From IMG/VR virus record IMGVR_UViG_3300046787_000345, positions 8,757 through 72,756 of that record: 64,000 nucleotides of DNA, one strand, 5' to 3'. The notes under the pieces are model-generated. The model saw only the letters and a program-made list of their open reading frames with translations. It was not told where the DNA came from and did not search any database. Positions 1 to 8,276 of the stretch are shown piece after piece. This DNA is from a virus. Within the stretch, counting starts at the first letter, position 1. Every line of letters begins with the position of its first letter. The translations under genes were made by a program, and so were the position numbers.

Positions 1-171
1 AATTGCTTTATTTGCAGTTTCAACTGAATCTATTTCGTTTTGTAAAGAATCGATTTTTCGGTTATATGCTTCAACATCAGTACGGATACTATTGTTAGTA
101 AAGATATTATATCCAACTAAAACAATAAGAATGACCAGTATGATATTTTTAAAACTTAACAAATTTTTCAT
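1..171 (-). CDS. N-terminally membrane-anchored coiled-coil protein (5' part only; spanin-like architecture)
   Basis: Manual translation from ATG at 171: MKNLLSFKNIILVILIVLVGYNIFTNNSIRTDVEAYNRKIDSLQNEIDSVETANKAI..., runs off the window edge. Confidence 0.6.
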   Translation of the reverse strand, partial: MKNLLSFKNIILVILIVLVGYNIFTNNSIRTDVEAYNRKIDSLQNEIDSVETANKAI

Positions 172-195
172 AAATAATTTTTCTTTTTATATTAA

Positions 196-204
196 TATAA
201 GTAT
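196..204 (-). promoter_or_regulatory. Class-2 promoter motif ATACTTATA
   Basis: Recurrent intergenic 9-mer, 24 nt upstream of ATG at 171. Confidence 0.55.
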
Positions 205-1635
205 TTAAAACGAAACTTTTGAACCAATTTGGAAGTTATTTAACAATGTAAATTCTGGTTCGAACATCATGTTTGCTCTATACGCAATATTAAATCCAAA
301 TCGTTTACTAATTTTATAATCAAAAGATGCACCTAACATACTACCAGGAATTCGTGTCACCAACGTTGCACCTGTTACTGAATTATAGTTAATTGGTGAA
401 TTCATTAAGAATACTTGTGGTGAAATTGCTAGTTTTTTAGATACATTATATGGTTTCATCCAAAACAATACCAATGAGGTTGAAAACGATGATTGTAAGG
501 TTTGCTTAGCATCTGGCATTAATAGTGTAATAAGCCCCACGTTTGCCCCATACGTTCCCAATTTAGGATGTGGTTTAATAAATGTATACCCAACCATACC
601 CATATAAGTTCCTTTCAAATATGCAGTGGTTAATGAGTAACTATGTAGAGAGTGTAATTTACCATTTTCTAACTTCATTTGAGTCATACCACCTGATATT
701 GCAAATTGGTCCATTGTACTCCAAATCAAAGCTGTTGCTGAATATGATTTATCCCCCATTAAAGATGATTTAGATATACCCATTGACATCATAGCAGAAT
801 ACCTACCATCCACATCTTCAGTTCCAGCTAAATCTGCTGCTACTAACATTGGATTTGTGTTTGCTGCTTTTTTCTTTTCCTTCTTTTCTTCCTTTTTCTC
901 CTCTTCTTTCTTCTCCTCCTTTTTCTCTTCTTTCTTTTCTTCCTTTTTAGATTCAGATTTAGTTTCTTCTTTTTTTTCTTCACTCTTACTTTCAGATTTT
1001 GATTCTGATTTTGATTCTGACTTAGTTTCAGTTTTGGTTTCAGTTTTGGTTTCTGATGAAGATGAACTTGAAGATGAACTTGAAGATGAACTATTAGATG
1101 ACGATGATGAACTACCCCCACTTGTTGTAGATGAACTATTAGATGTTGGTGGTGGAGTAGATGTTGTTGCGGAAGATGATGCTGCCGATGAAGCAGATGA
1201 ACTTGCTGCCGATGAAGCAGAAGATGATGCTGCCGAACTTGCTGCAGATGATGCTGCGGTTGATGCGGCTGAACTTGCTGCGGTTGATGCTGCTTGAGTT
1301 GCTGCAGAGGTGGCTGCTTGAGATGCTGCTTGTGTAACTGCCTGTTGGACAGTTTGTTGAACTACTATATTAGTAGGACATCCCATTGTTGAATATGCTA
1401 AATAAACGGAATTTAACCAAAGTTTAACTGCTCCACCTTGAACTTCTAATGGTGTAAATACTTTTACTTGGTCATAGAATGATACCACTGCATTACCATT
1501 TACCATAGTAGTTGTTGCAGTTTTTATTTGACCACTACATTTATCTACAAAAGTTTGTGTGTAAGTTTGTCCGTTCACATTTTCAGCAAATAAACAACAC
1601 AATATTACCATTCCTATTACTAAAATTTTTTTCAT
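205..1635 (-). CDS. Exported protein with long Ser/Ala and Lys/Glu low-complexity linker and C-terminal beta-barrel-like domain
   Basis: Signal peptide; ASSAASS, KSES and KKEE repeats; amphipathic beta-strands ending in C-terminal Phe (QIGSKVSF). Confidence 0.6.
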   Translation of the reverse strand: MKKILVIGMVILCCLFAENVNGQTYTQTFVDKCSGQIKTATTTMVNGNAVVSFYDQVKVFTPLEVQGGAVKLWLNSVYLAYSTMGCPTNIVVQQTVQQAVTQAASQAATSAATQAASTAASSAASTAASSAASSAASSSASSAASSSASSAASSSATTSTPPPTSNSSSTTSGGSSSSSSNSSSSSSSSSSSSSETKTETKTETKSESKSESKSESKSEEKKEETKSESKKEEKKEEKKEEKKEEEKKEEKKEKKKAANTNPMLVAADLAGTEDVDGRYSAMMSMGISKSSLMGDKSYSATALIWSTMDQFAISGGMTQMKLENGKLHSLHSYSLTTAYLKGTYMGMVGYTFIKPHPKLGTYGANVGLITLLMPDAKQTLQSSFSTSLVLFWMKPYNVSKKLAISPQVFLMNSPINYNSVTGATLVTRIPGSMLGASFDYKISKRFGFNIAYRANMMFEPEFTLLNNFQIGSKVSF

Positions 1636-2447
1636 TACTTATTATTCAATCCGATACCAATTTGTGAATAACCTCTTATTGGGTCGGTATCGAATTTCAA
1701 AGTAAACAATTTGAAATCTCTTATTATACCAACTTTAAATGTTGTAAAATTTGTATTTGATTTTGGAAAAGAAATACCGCCTAACACATCTCTACCTTGA
1801 TATCTTAGAATTTCGTTACCGAATCCAATCATTCCATGTACTCCTAATTTACCAAATCGTTTACCACCCCCTAAATATAATGTGTGTTCTTTTCTAAAAT
1901 CTTCTTTACTAATTGGAAAATCTGCTGTGGCTATGTTACCATTTGGAAAATACTGATTTCTATCTATATCATACGTCATCACATAATCTATAATAAAGTA
2001 TCCCTTAGTTCCTCCAATAGTTCCCCAAAATGAAGCTTGTTCATTATTAGTTCTACCAATACCTGCTGTGAATGATATGGGTTTTACTACAATTGTATCT
2101 CTTTTACCATTTTCATATACACGAACTACACTTTGATGCCTCCATCCAAAATCGTCATACCAAATGTATGGAAATGGTTGATACCAACCCCAAGTTCCCC
2201 ACATTAATCCATATGGGTTTACCATATTACCTCGCCATCTTCTAGTCAAAGGTTGATTTGGTATTGGTTGACCTGGTCTAATTGGTTCAGTTTGAGTTCT
2301 CCATCTGCTAACATCATTTCTTTGTGGAATTGATTGTTGTACTCTAGGAGTTTGTACTCTTTGTTGTGGTGAATTGTTTCTCCAACTACTAACTTGTGAA
2401 AATACTAATGTTGGTATAACCGCCAATAAAAATAATAATTTTTTCAT
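1635..2447 (-). CDS. Exported protein, putative small outer-membrane beta-barrel with Pro/Gln/Arg-rich N-terminus
   Basis: Signal peptide MKKLLFLLAVIPTLVFS; alternating hydrophobic strands in the C-terminal half. Confidence 0.5.
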   Translation of the reverse strand: MKKLLFLLAVIPTLVFSQVSSWRNNSPQQRVQTPRVQQSIPQRNDVSRWRTQTEPIRPGQPIPNQPLTRRWRGNMVNPYGLMWGTWGWYQPFPYIWYDDFGWRHQSVVRVYENGKRDTIVVKPISFTAGIGRTNNEQASFWGTIGGTKGYFIIDYVMTYDIDRNQYFPNGNIATADFPISKEDFRKEHTLYLGGGKRFGKLGVHGMIGFGNEILRYQGRDVLGGISFPKSNTNFTTFKVGIIRDFKLFTLKFDTDPIRGYSQIGIGLNNK

Positions 2448-2467
2448 AGGTATAATGTTTAATTACC

Positions 2468-2476
2468 TATAAATAT
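2468..2476 (-). promoter_or_regulatory. Class-2 promoter motif ATATTTATA
   Basis: Recurrent 9-mer, 20 nt upstream of ATG at 2447. Confidence 0.55.
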
Positions 2477-2500
2477 AAAAAAAGGGAGTATTAACTCCCT
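2477..2500 (-). terminator. Intrinsic terminator
   Basis: AGGGAGT/ACTCCCT stem followed by a T-tract on the minus strand. Confidence 0.7.
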
Positions 2501-2540
2501 ATCTTTGATATAAAATTGTATTACCAATACCGATACTATG

Positions 2541-3197
2541 TTATACTAATTTATTTTTAACTAATTGTTGAAACAAATATTCTGAAATTTTTGTATCTGA
2601 TGGGTAATGTACTCCACTTATTTCTCTGACTGTTCTTATATCTTTATATAAGTTATCCAACAAATTTGTTGCTTCTGGTTTTAGTTTTTTTAAGTGAAAA
2701 ATAATATTTAAAAAATCCAAAGTATGACCAGATGGATATGCTGCTGAGTTTGCATCAGTTGCTATGATTGGATATAATTCTGTACCATATTCTTTGGCCA
2801 ATTGATATGGTCTTGGTCTATTGAACACATCTTTTAAATAAAATAATACAGGGTCTAAATTACCCACCCAATCTAATATTTGTTCCTTAGAAACATCCAA
2901 CCCTAATTTTTTAGCAACCACAACAAAAAAATCGTAATGATGATGTTCCATAAGTTCACATAACTTTAAATCATCTTCATCTGCTTGGGTTGTTATTTTA
3001 GTAAGATACTCTAATTCTTTTTTTGTTTCATCAGATGAATTTGCTGGGAATGGGTGGTTTTCTAATATATCTTTTATAATGCCTAATTGAATTGCACGTT
3101 TTAAAACACCACCTTTATCTTTTTTTATTTTTTCGATTTGGTCTTTTCTACTATTTCCATATCGAATATCATCTAATATTTCGGAAAGTCTAATCAT
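2541..3197 (-). CDS. PAP2 / acid phosphatase family protein
   Basis: Motifs K...RPRP, YPSGH and R..SGVHYPSD. Confidence 0.85.
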   Translation of the reverse strand: MIRLSEILDDIRYGNSRKDQIEKIKKDKGGVLKRAIQLGIIKDILENHPFPANSSDETKKELEYLTKITTQADEDDLKLCELMEHHHYDFFVVVAKKLGLDVSKEQILDWVGNLDPVLFYLKDVFNRPRPYQLAKEYGTELYPIIATDANSAAYPSGHTLDFLNIIFHLKKLKPEATNLLDNLYKDIRTVREISGVHYPSDTKISEYLFQQLVKNKLV

Positions 3198-3916
3198 TAT
3201 TTTTCAAATACACCTTTTTTAACCATTCTTAATAAAATTCTAGAACATGCTATATCTAACGCTTTCTTAGTAGATGTACCAATTGTTGATTGATTAAATT
3301 TAACTTCATCTACTGTTGCATCTGAAAGGAATGATAATTCTCTCGTAGTTTTTGCTTCACCTAATCCAGATGCTGCAATAATTTCACCGGTCTCTGCGTT
3401 TGTAAATCTTACTTGTAAACCTAAACGGGTTACTACCATATTCTTAACACCATCTTTTAAATTTACCGTCTCATCTTCTGAAACAGAAAAATCGTATACT
3501 TCGATTTCAACAAAGTAATGTGCTAAACGAATTTTACCTCTACCATCTAATTTATCTTGTGATATACCTGATTGAGAAGCCTGAAATTGCTTTACCATTC
3601 GGTTTTTAATTTCAGTTTTATCTTCCGTAAATGTAAATCTATTAAGATTCTCCAAATATTCCATCGTGATGTTAGCCACACCCAAACCCACTTTCTTTTC
3701 TTTGAGTTCTGGATATTGCTCATAAACTTCATCACCAATACCACATTTAAGGATTTGAATCGGAATTTGCTTTCCCTCATAATCTAAAAATTGACTAATG
3801 TCTACTTTTGTTTCGAATGATGCTTTATAATTTTCTGTCTTTGTTGTTCCCACAGTTTGGGCAATGGCAACATTGCTTAGTAAAACACCAAGCAAGAATA
3901 CTAATAATTTTTTCAT
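3197..3916 (-). CDS. CsgG-family (curli transport/assembly-like) exported protein
   Basis: Signal peptide; RF..TED, A.YFV..EVYDF and LQVRFTNAETGEII.ASG pattern typical of the CsgG/FlgO/TolB-N fold. Confidence 0.7.
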   Translation of the reverse strand: MKKLLVFLLGVLLSNVAIAQTVGTTKTENYKASFETKVDISQFLDYEGKQIPIQILKCGIGDEVYEQYPELKEKKVGLGVANITMEYLENLNRFTFTEDKTEIKNRMVKQFQASQSGISQDKLDGRGKIRLAHYFVEIEVYDFSVSEDETVNLKDGVKNMVVTRLGLQVRFTNAETGEIIAASGLGEAKTTRELSFLSDATVDEVKFNQSTIGTSTKKALDIACSRILLRMVKKGVFEK

Positions 3917-3941
3917 ATACGTTTTTCATATTTTGTTCGTA

Positions 3942-3950
3942 TATAAATAT
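3942..3950 (-). promoter_or_regulatory. Class-2 promoter motif ATATTTATA
   Basis: Recurrent 9-mer, 25 nt upstream of ATG at 3916. Confidence 0.55.
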
Positions 3951-3979
3951 AAAAAAAGGGAAACTTTCGTCTCCCTTTT
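3951..3979 (-). terminator. Intrinsic terminator
   Basis: Minus strand GGGAGAC-GAAA-GTTTCCC followed by T7. Confidence 0.8.
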
Positions 3980-3983
3980 CAAA

Positions 3984-4238
3984 TTATCCTAATTCTTCAT
4001 CTTTTGGTTCTTCTTTTTTGTTGAATATCTTTCCAACTTCAGCTATACCAAAAGCTCCTAATGTTATATACATAAATGAATTATAAATAAATTCATTCAC
4101 TAACAACTCATTTCCCATATATCCTGTTACCAAATCGGTAACTGCGAATGCTGTCATTACTATAAATGATGCAAACCCTACGATTGTTTTCTCATTCAAA
4201 TCATTTGAATCTTTGAAAATATCAGTAAATTTAGCCAT
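3984..4238 (-). CDS. Small two-TM membrane protein (holin-like)
   Basis: Two hydrophobic segments and a charged C-terminus. Confidence 0.5.
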   Translation of the reverse strand: MAKFTDIFKDSNDLNEKTIVGFASFIVMTAFAVTDLVTGYMGNELLVNEFIYNSFMYITLGAFGIAEVGKIFNKKEEPKDEELG

Positions 4239-4284
4239 AGTCTTTTTTCCTTTTTTTAATTATTAAACTATGTAACCTTTATTA

Positions 4285-4893
4285 TTATCCTACTTGTTCA
4301 GCATCTTCATCTTTAATTTTTCCACATTTCAAACACTCTTCTTCACCATCTCCATCTAAATCTCCCCAAACGTGTTCACATTGTCTATGTGCGAAGTATT
4401 CATCGATTTTACCATCACCATCGAAATCTAAACCATCCATTACACCATCTCCATCTTCATCGATTTCAGTTCCCTTTTTTTCTTCTTTTGGTGCATCAAC
4501 GACTTGGTCGGTAACTTGGTCAGTAACTTGGTCGGTTGTTGGTAACACTAATGGTGTTACACTCATTGGAACTATTGGAGTATTTGGTATATCGGCTGTA
4601 TTTGATAATGATGTACCATCTTCCTCATCCATCTTTTGTACTAACATCTTATCCTTATCGGTATCACTAAACCAATAATCGATAATCTTACCATAAGAAC
4701 CAATAAAAGCTCCTAATAACAACAATAGAAGTTCTTTCCATTCTCCTGCTATTTCGTTTTTATTAATAATAGCAGCAAACATACCACCAATTATTAACAT
4801 AAATCCACCCAATACCAACGCAGTGATATACCATCTACGTTTCATCATATTACTCAATAGGTCTTTGAAACCACTCGGTGCTTGTTCTGCCAT
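4285..4893 (-). CDS. Two-TM membrane protein with acidic DxDGDG repeats and a Cys/His cluster
   Basis: TM helices; IDYWF; DEDGDG, DFDGDG, DLDGDG; CEH...CLKC. Confidence 0.6.
   Translation of the reverse strand: MAEQAPSGFKDLLSNMMKRRWYITALVLGGFMLIIGGMFAAIINKNEIAGEWKELLLLLLGAFIGSYGKIIDYWFSDTDKDKMLVQKMDEEDGTSLSNTADIPNTPIVPMSVTPLVLPTTDQVTDQVTDQVVDAPKEEKKGTEIDEDGDGVMDGLDFDGDGKIDEYFAHRQCEHVWGDLDGDGEEECLKCGKIKDEDAEQVG
4501..4537. repeat. 12-bp tandem repeat x3 encoding TDQV
   Basis: acttggtc(g/a)gta units seen in sequence. Confidence 0.8.
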
Positions 4894-4916
4894 ATTATTC
4901 TCCTTTATTTTTTATA

Positions 4917-5240
4917 CTACCACTTCGGTGCTTCTTCTTTAAACTCATCACCTTCTTTTTTCTTAGGTTTTGGTTGAGGTTGTGCCGGTTGAGCATTTCC
5001 ACCTACTGCCTTTTCTTTGATGATTATAGTCTTACCACCTGCTGATTGTTGTTGAGCCTGTTGGTTACTATTAGTGATGTTAATTACCGGTGCTGCTTGT
5101 TGTACCGGTGTTTCTTCTTTATCACCACCTGTTAATTGTGTAGTAACCCAAGTACCAACACCTAATGTGATAGTGCTCACTAATCCGATAATCATATTTT
5201 TGATTGAGCTACCTGTACTTTGTTCTTGTTCTTCTGCCAT
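4917..5240 (-). CDS. Single-TM membrane protein with Gln/Pro-rich tail
   Basis: ORF with one hydrophobic segment and upstream GGAG. Confidence 0.6.
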   Translation of the reverse strand: MAEEQEQSTGSSIKNMIIGLVSTITLGVGTWVTTQLTGGDKEETPVQQAAPVINITNSNQQAQQQSAGGKTIIIKEKAVGGNAQPAQPQPKPKKKEGDEFKEEAPKW

Positions 5241-5258
5241 TTGTTTTTCTCCGTTTTG

Positions 5259-5630
5259 TTATTGTATTTTGTTAAAATCTGTTATTCCTAATTGTCTACC
5301 ATTTGCATCATACAATCCTATTCTATATGCAGATGATGGTAATGCCGATGTATATACTTTAAGTACATTATCACCTGCAACTACATTCATAGTTTCTTTC
5401 GATACTACTTTATTTGCAATATCAAATATTCTTATTGTTACCGAACCTGCTGTTTCAGTTTTAACATTCATAGCAACTTCCGATGTTACAAATTGTGTTT
5501 GTAATTTAATACCAGTTGAACTTGTTATTTTAAGTTCTTCGGATACTGATTGTGGTGTTGGTAATATATCTTCTTTTGAACATCCTACTAGTAAAATAGT
5601 AAAGAATATCAATACAAATATTTTTTTCAT
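5259..5630 (-). CDS. Lipoprotein consisting of a stand-alone T9SS C-terminal sorting domain-like Ig fold
   Basis: Lipobox LLVGC; C-S-K-E-D; VTIRIFDIANKVV...G.N.L.V..S.LP..Y pattern. Confidence 0.6.
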   Translation of the reverse strand: MKKIFVLIFFTILLVGCSKEDILPTPQSVSEELKITSSTGIKLQTQFVTSEVAMNVKTETAGSVTIRIFDIANKVVSKETMNVVAGDNVLKVYTSALPSSAYRIGLYDANGRQLGITDFNKIQ

Positions 5631-5639
5631 TTTGTTCTC

Positions 5640-5981
5640 CTAATTGATTATTATCGTTGTTTTAGCTATTTCTTTTTTAGTAACATCTTCTAATAACAAA
5701 TATAAGTATTTAACCGATATCGATTTAGTGTAAATTTTCTTTACATTTTCACCATTTTGACCAATAAATCGTTCTCTACTGATTACTTGTCCACTTTCTT
5801 TATCAATTAAAGTTAAAGTGTATGTTCCTGCCGATGGTAAATCAAAGTATATAGATTGCCCGTTTGCTACCGAACTTTCTTTTACCTCAAATATTTTTTC
5901 AACGGGCATAGTTGGAGTTGGTAATTCAGGTTTAGTACATCCCACCAATAAAATTAATGATATCAATATTATTTTTTTCAT
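5640..5981 (-). CDS. Lipoprotein, paralog-like T9SS CTD/FlgD-Ig-like domain
   Basis: Lipobox LLVGC; YTLTLID..GQVI...G.N...IYT. Confidence 0.5.
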   Translation of the reverse strand: MKKIILISLILLVGCTKPELPTPTMPVEKIFEVKESSVANGQSIYFDLPSAGTYTLTLIDKESGQVISRERFIGQNGENVKKIYTKSISVKYLYLLLEDVTKKEIAKTTIIIN

Positions 5982-8275
5982 TAGTTTACCTTTACTTTTA
6001 ATTGTGTTCCACTTTTATTAACAGCATCTGTATTTGAAATTGATGTTAATCCCAATGTACCATTTAACCCTATCAATGGTAAGAATGTTATTTTATATTC
6101 AGTTGTTTTATCTAACGTAGTTGAACCATCGGTTATCAATGAACCCAATGTTATAGATGAACCTCTATCAGTTCCAAAATTGGTAGGTGTTCCCTTTGTA
6201 GTGAATTCTACCTTTTCAAAACTTAATGCGGTATTATCATAGTTTAAATTAAATTGAGTACCAACTAACTCTTGTTGTAATGGGTCTACTGAAATTGTTA
6301 CTATCAATTTACCACCAACATTTTCACTCATTAGGTATGCGTTGATTTGATTGGAAACTGATTGAGTTGATAAACTCATAGTTCTATATGAATTAGTAGC
6401 AACACTACTTTGGGTTTGTTGTGCCGAATGTGATAGATTTACATCTCCCACCCAAGTTACATTAACATTGTAAGTGTTATTCAACGTACCACTATTCAAA
6501 TTAAAAGGAAACAAACTTCTTGTTGAGTTAAATTGGGTGTTCCAATTAGATTTTGTTATCGCATCGTATTCGGATTTACTATAAAGTTTCATCAAATATG
6601 GTAATGCAGAATATTGTGTAAGTGGTGCAACACCTGTCAAATGTTGTAATAGTTTGTATGTATCCGTTTCATTAAATACACCATTACCATCTACATCCGC
6701 GTTCATATACTGAATACCATTTGTAAATTCTAATCCACTTTGGTTTCCAAATATACCACCATTTGATAATTCTTTAAATGCTAAATACACATCTGTTACA
6801 CTCACAATACTATTGTATAAAGTGTTTAGTTCCGTTTGGTTAGTATATGCTAATTCTATTCCATGTTGTTTAAATAATGTATTTGGTGTAAATGTATATT
6901 CGGCTCTAAATGCATACCATCCATCTTGCAATCGTATATTACTTTGAAATGAACTTGATGCCACCTTACTAGCTAAATTAATATTTCCAGGTACTAACCA
7001 TTGTTTCCACCATCCATTAAAATCCAAAGGTTGAATAGGTCCATCGTATATATCAAATAACTGTACTGATTTTATCTGATTTAAGTTTACACCCGTTCCA
7101 AAAAATTCTCTTTCATCAATTTGTAATCGATGTCCGTTTCTTGAAGTTTCATATGGATTTATAAGTGACCACTCTACTTCTCCTGGTGTTATAATAGCTC
7201 TAATTCCATCTGTTGTTTTTGTAGTATCTAAATCGTTTGTTATATCGACTTTACCCAAGCCACTTATTGCTCTCGATGTATTATTAGTTACCCCCCATAC
7301 ATTGTTTACGAAAGTATTTGCTTTTGCTGAAAATTTTGTTTCATCTATACTACTGCCAAAATCAAAATTAAATCTTGCAGTTAAAACATCTCCGTTTGTA
7401 TGTGTTACTGAATTTGTATAAAACTCCGTAAATGTTGCATCATCGGGATTAGTCCAAGTTCCATATTCAATTACATAAGGATTAAAAAAGTTATTAGGTA
7501 AATCATTCCATTGAGAACCATTCCACTTTGTTACAGCATAATCTTCATTACCACTATTGTTTGGTTCACCGGGTGCCCAGTTATTATATTGCCCAACTAT
7601 GTTTCCGGCAGTTTGTCCGTTTGATGTTTTTATTAGAGTTCCTGCTTCAGGTCCTGCATCGATTCTCCATTGACCTTCAACGGCTTCATCGGTTAATGCA
7701 AACCATATATTACTTTGTGGTACGTTATTAAAAATAAAAGCATCTTCATCTGCCGAAGTTATTGTTACTAAATATCCTTGCTGACCTTTGAATGTAGTGT
7801 TTAATGCAGCTGTTCTTGCACCTGTATATGAGTTTCCCGTTGATACCGGTCTATAAAAGTGTCCGTTTGTTCCGTTGTAAAAGAAACCCGTTGGGTTTAC
7901 AGTTGCTGCTACTGATAATACGATATTACCTCTTACTGAACCTGTGTTTACTTTTAACGATTGTAAGGCAGTATTGATATTAGACATCGTTCCGGTTACC
8001 ACTAAACGAGTTTTATTACCCGCTAATGTGAATCCACTTGCTGCGGTTAAACCTGTTGTTGTAGTTAGGTTAAATGTTGTACCAGATGGTGGATTTACTA
8101 GACTGATTGATGCTAATAAGGTCGCAGTAGAACCGAAACCATTTAAACTAAATCCACTAGCATCTTGTCCAGTTGTGGATGGTATAAACGATTTAGAGTC
8201 CGGAGCAGATACACTCTGTCCGAACCCTAATAATGATGTTAAAATAAATAAAAATGTAACTATTAAATTTTTCAT
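5981..8275 (-). CDS. Exported protein with C-type lectin, permuted dockerin-like and C-terminal cohesin-like domains
   Basis: Signal peptide (ATG 8275); GYLVTITS.E, W.PGEPNN..EDY..WND (C-type lectin); ADVDGNGVFNETD..LL ... GDVN; GTQFNLNYD (cohesin-like). Confidence 0.7.
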   Translation of the reverse strand: MKNLIVTFLFILTSLLGFGQSVSAPDSKSFIPSTTGQDASGFSLNGFGSTATLLASISLVNPPSGTTFNLTTTTGLTAASGFTLAGNKTRLVVTGTMSNINTALQSLKVNTGSVRGNIVLSVAATVNPTGFFYNGTNGHFYRPVSTGNSYTGARTAALNTTFKGQQGYLVTITSADEDAFIFNNVPQSNIWFALTDEAVEGQWRIDAGPEAGTLIKTSNGQTAGNIVGQYNNWAPGEPNNSGNEDYAVTKWNGSQWNDLPNNFFNPYVIEYGTWTNPDDATFTEFYTNSVTHTNGDVLTARFNFDFGSSIDETKFSAKANTFVNNVWGVTNNTSRAISGLGKVDITNDLDTTKTTDGIRAIITPGEVEWSLINPYETSRNGHRLQIDEREFFGTGVNLNQIKSVQLFDIYDGPIQPLDFNGWWKQWLVPGNINLASKVASSSFQSNIRLQDGWYAFRAEYTFTPNTLFKQHGIELAYTNQTELNTLYNSIVSVTDVYLAFKELSNGGIFGNQSGLEFTNGIQYMNADVDGNGVFNETDTYKLLQHLTGVAPLTQYSALPYLMKLYSKSEYDAITKSNWNTQFNSTRSLFPFNLNSGTLNNTYNVNVTWVGDVNLSHSAQQTQSSVATNSYRTMSLSTQSVSNQINAYLMSENVGGKLIVTISVDPLQQELVGTQFNLNYDNTALSFEKVEFTTKGTPTNFGTDRGSSITLGSLITDGSTTLDKTTEYKITFLPLIGLNGTLGLTSISNTDAVNKSGTQLKVKVN

Positions 8276-8276
8276 A

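Noticed and set aside
857-1297. Plus-strand 146-aa ORF (and the alternate-frame 843..1121 ORF)
   Set aside because: Antisense or frame shadow of the low-complexity repeats in 205..1635
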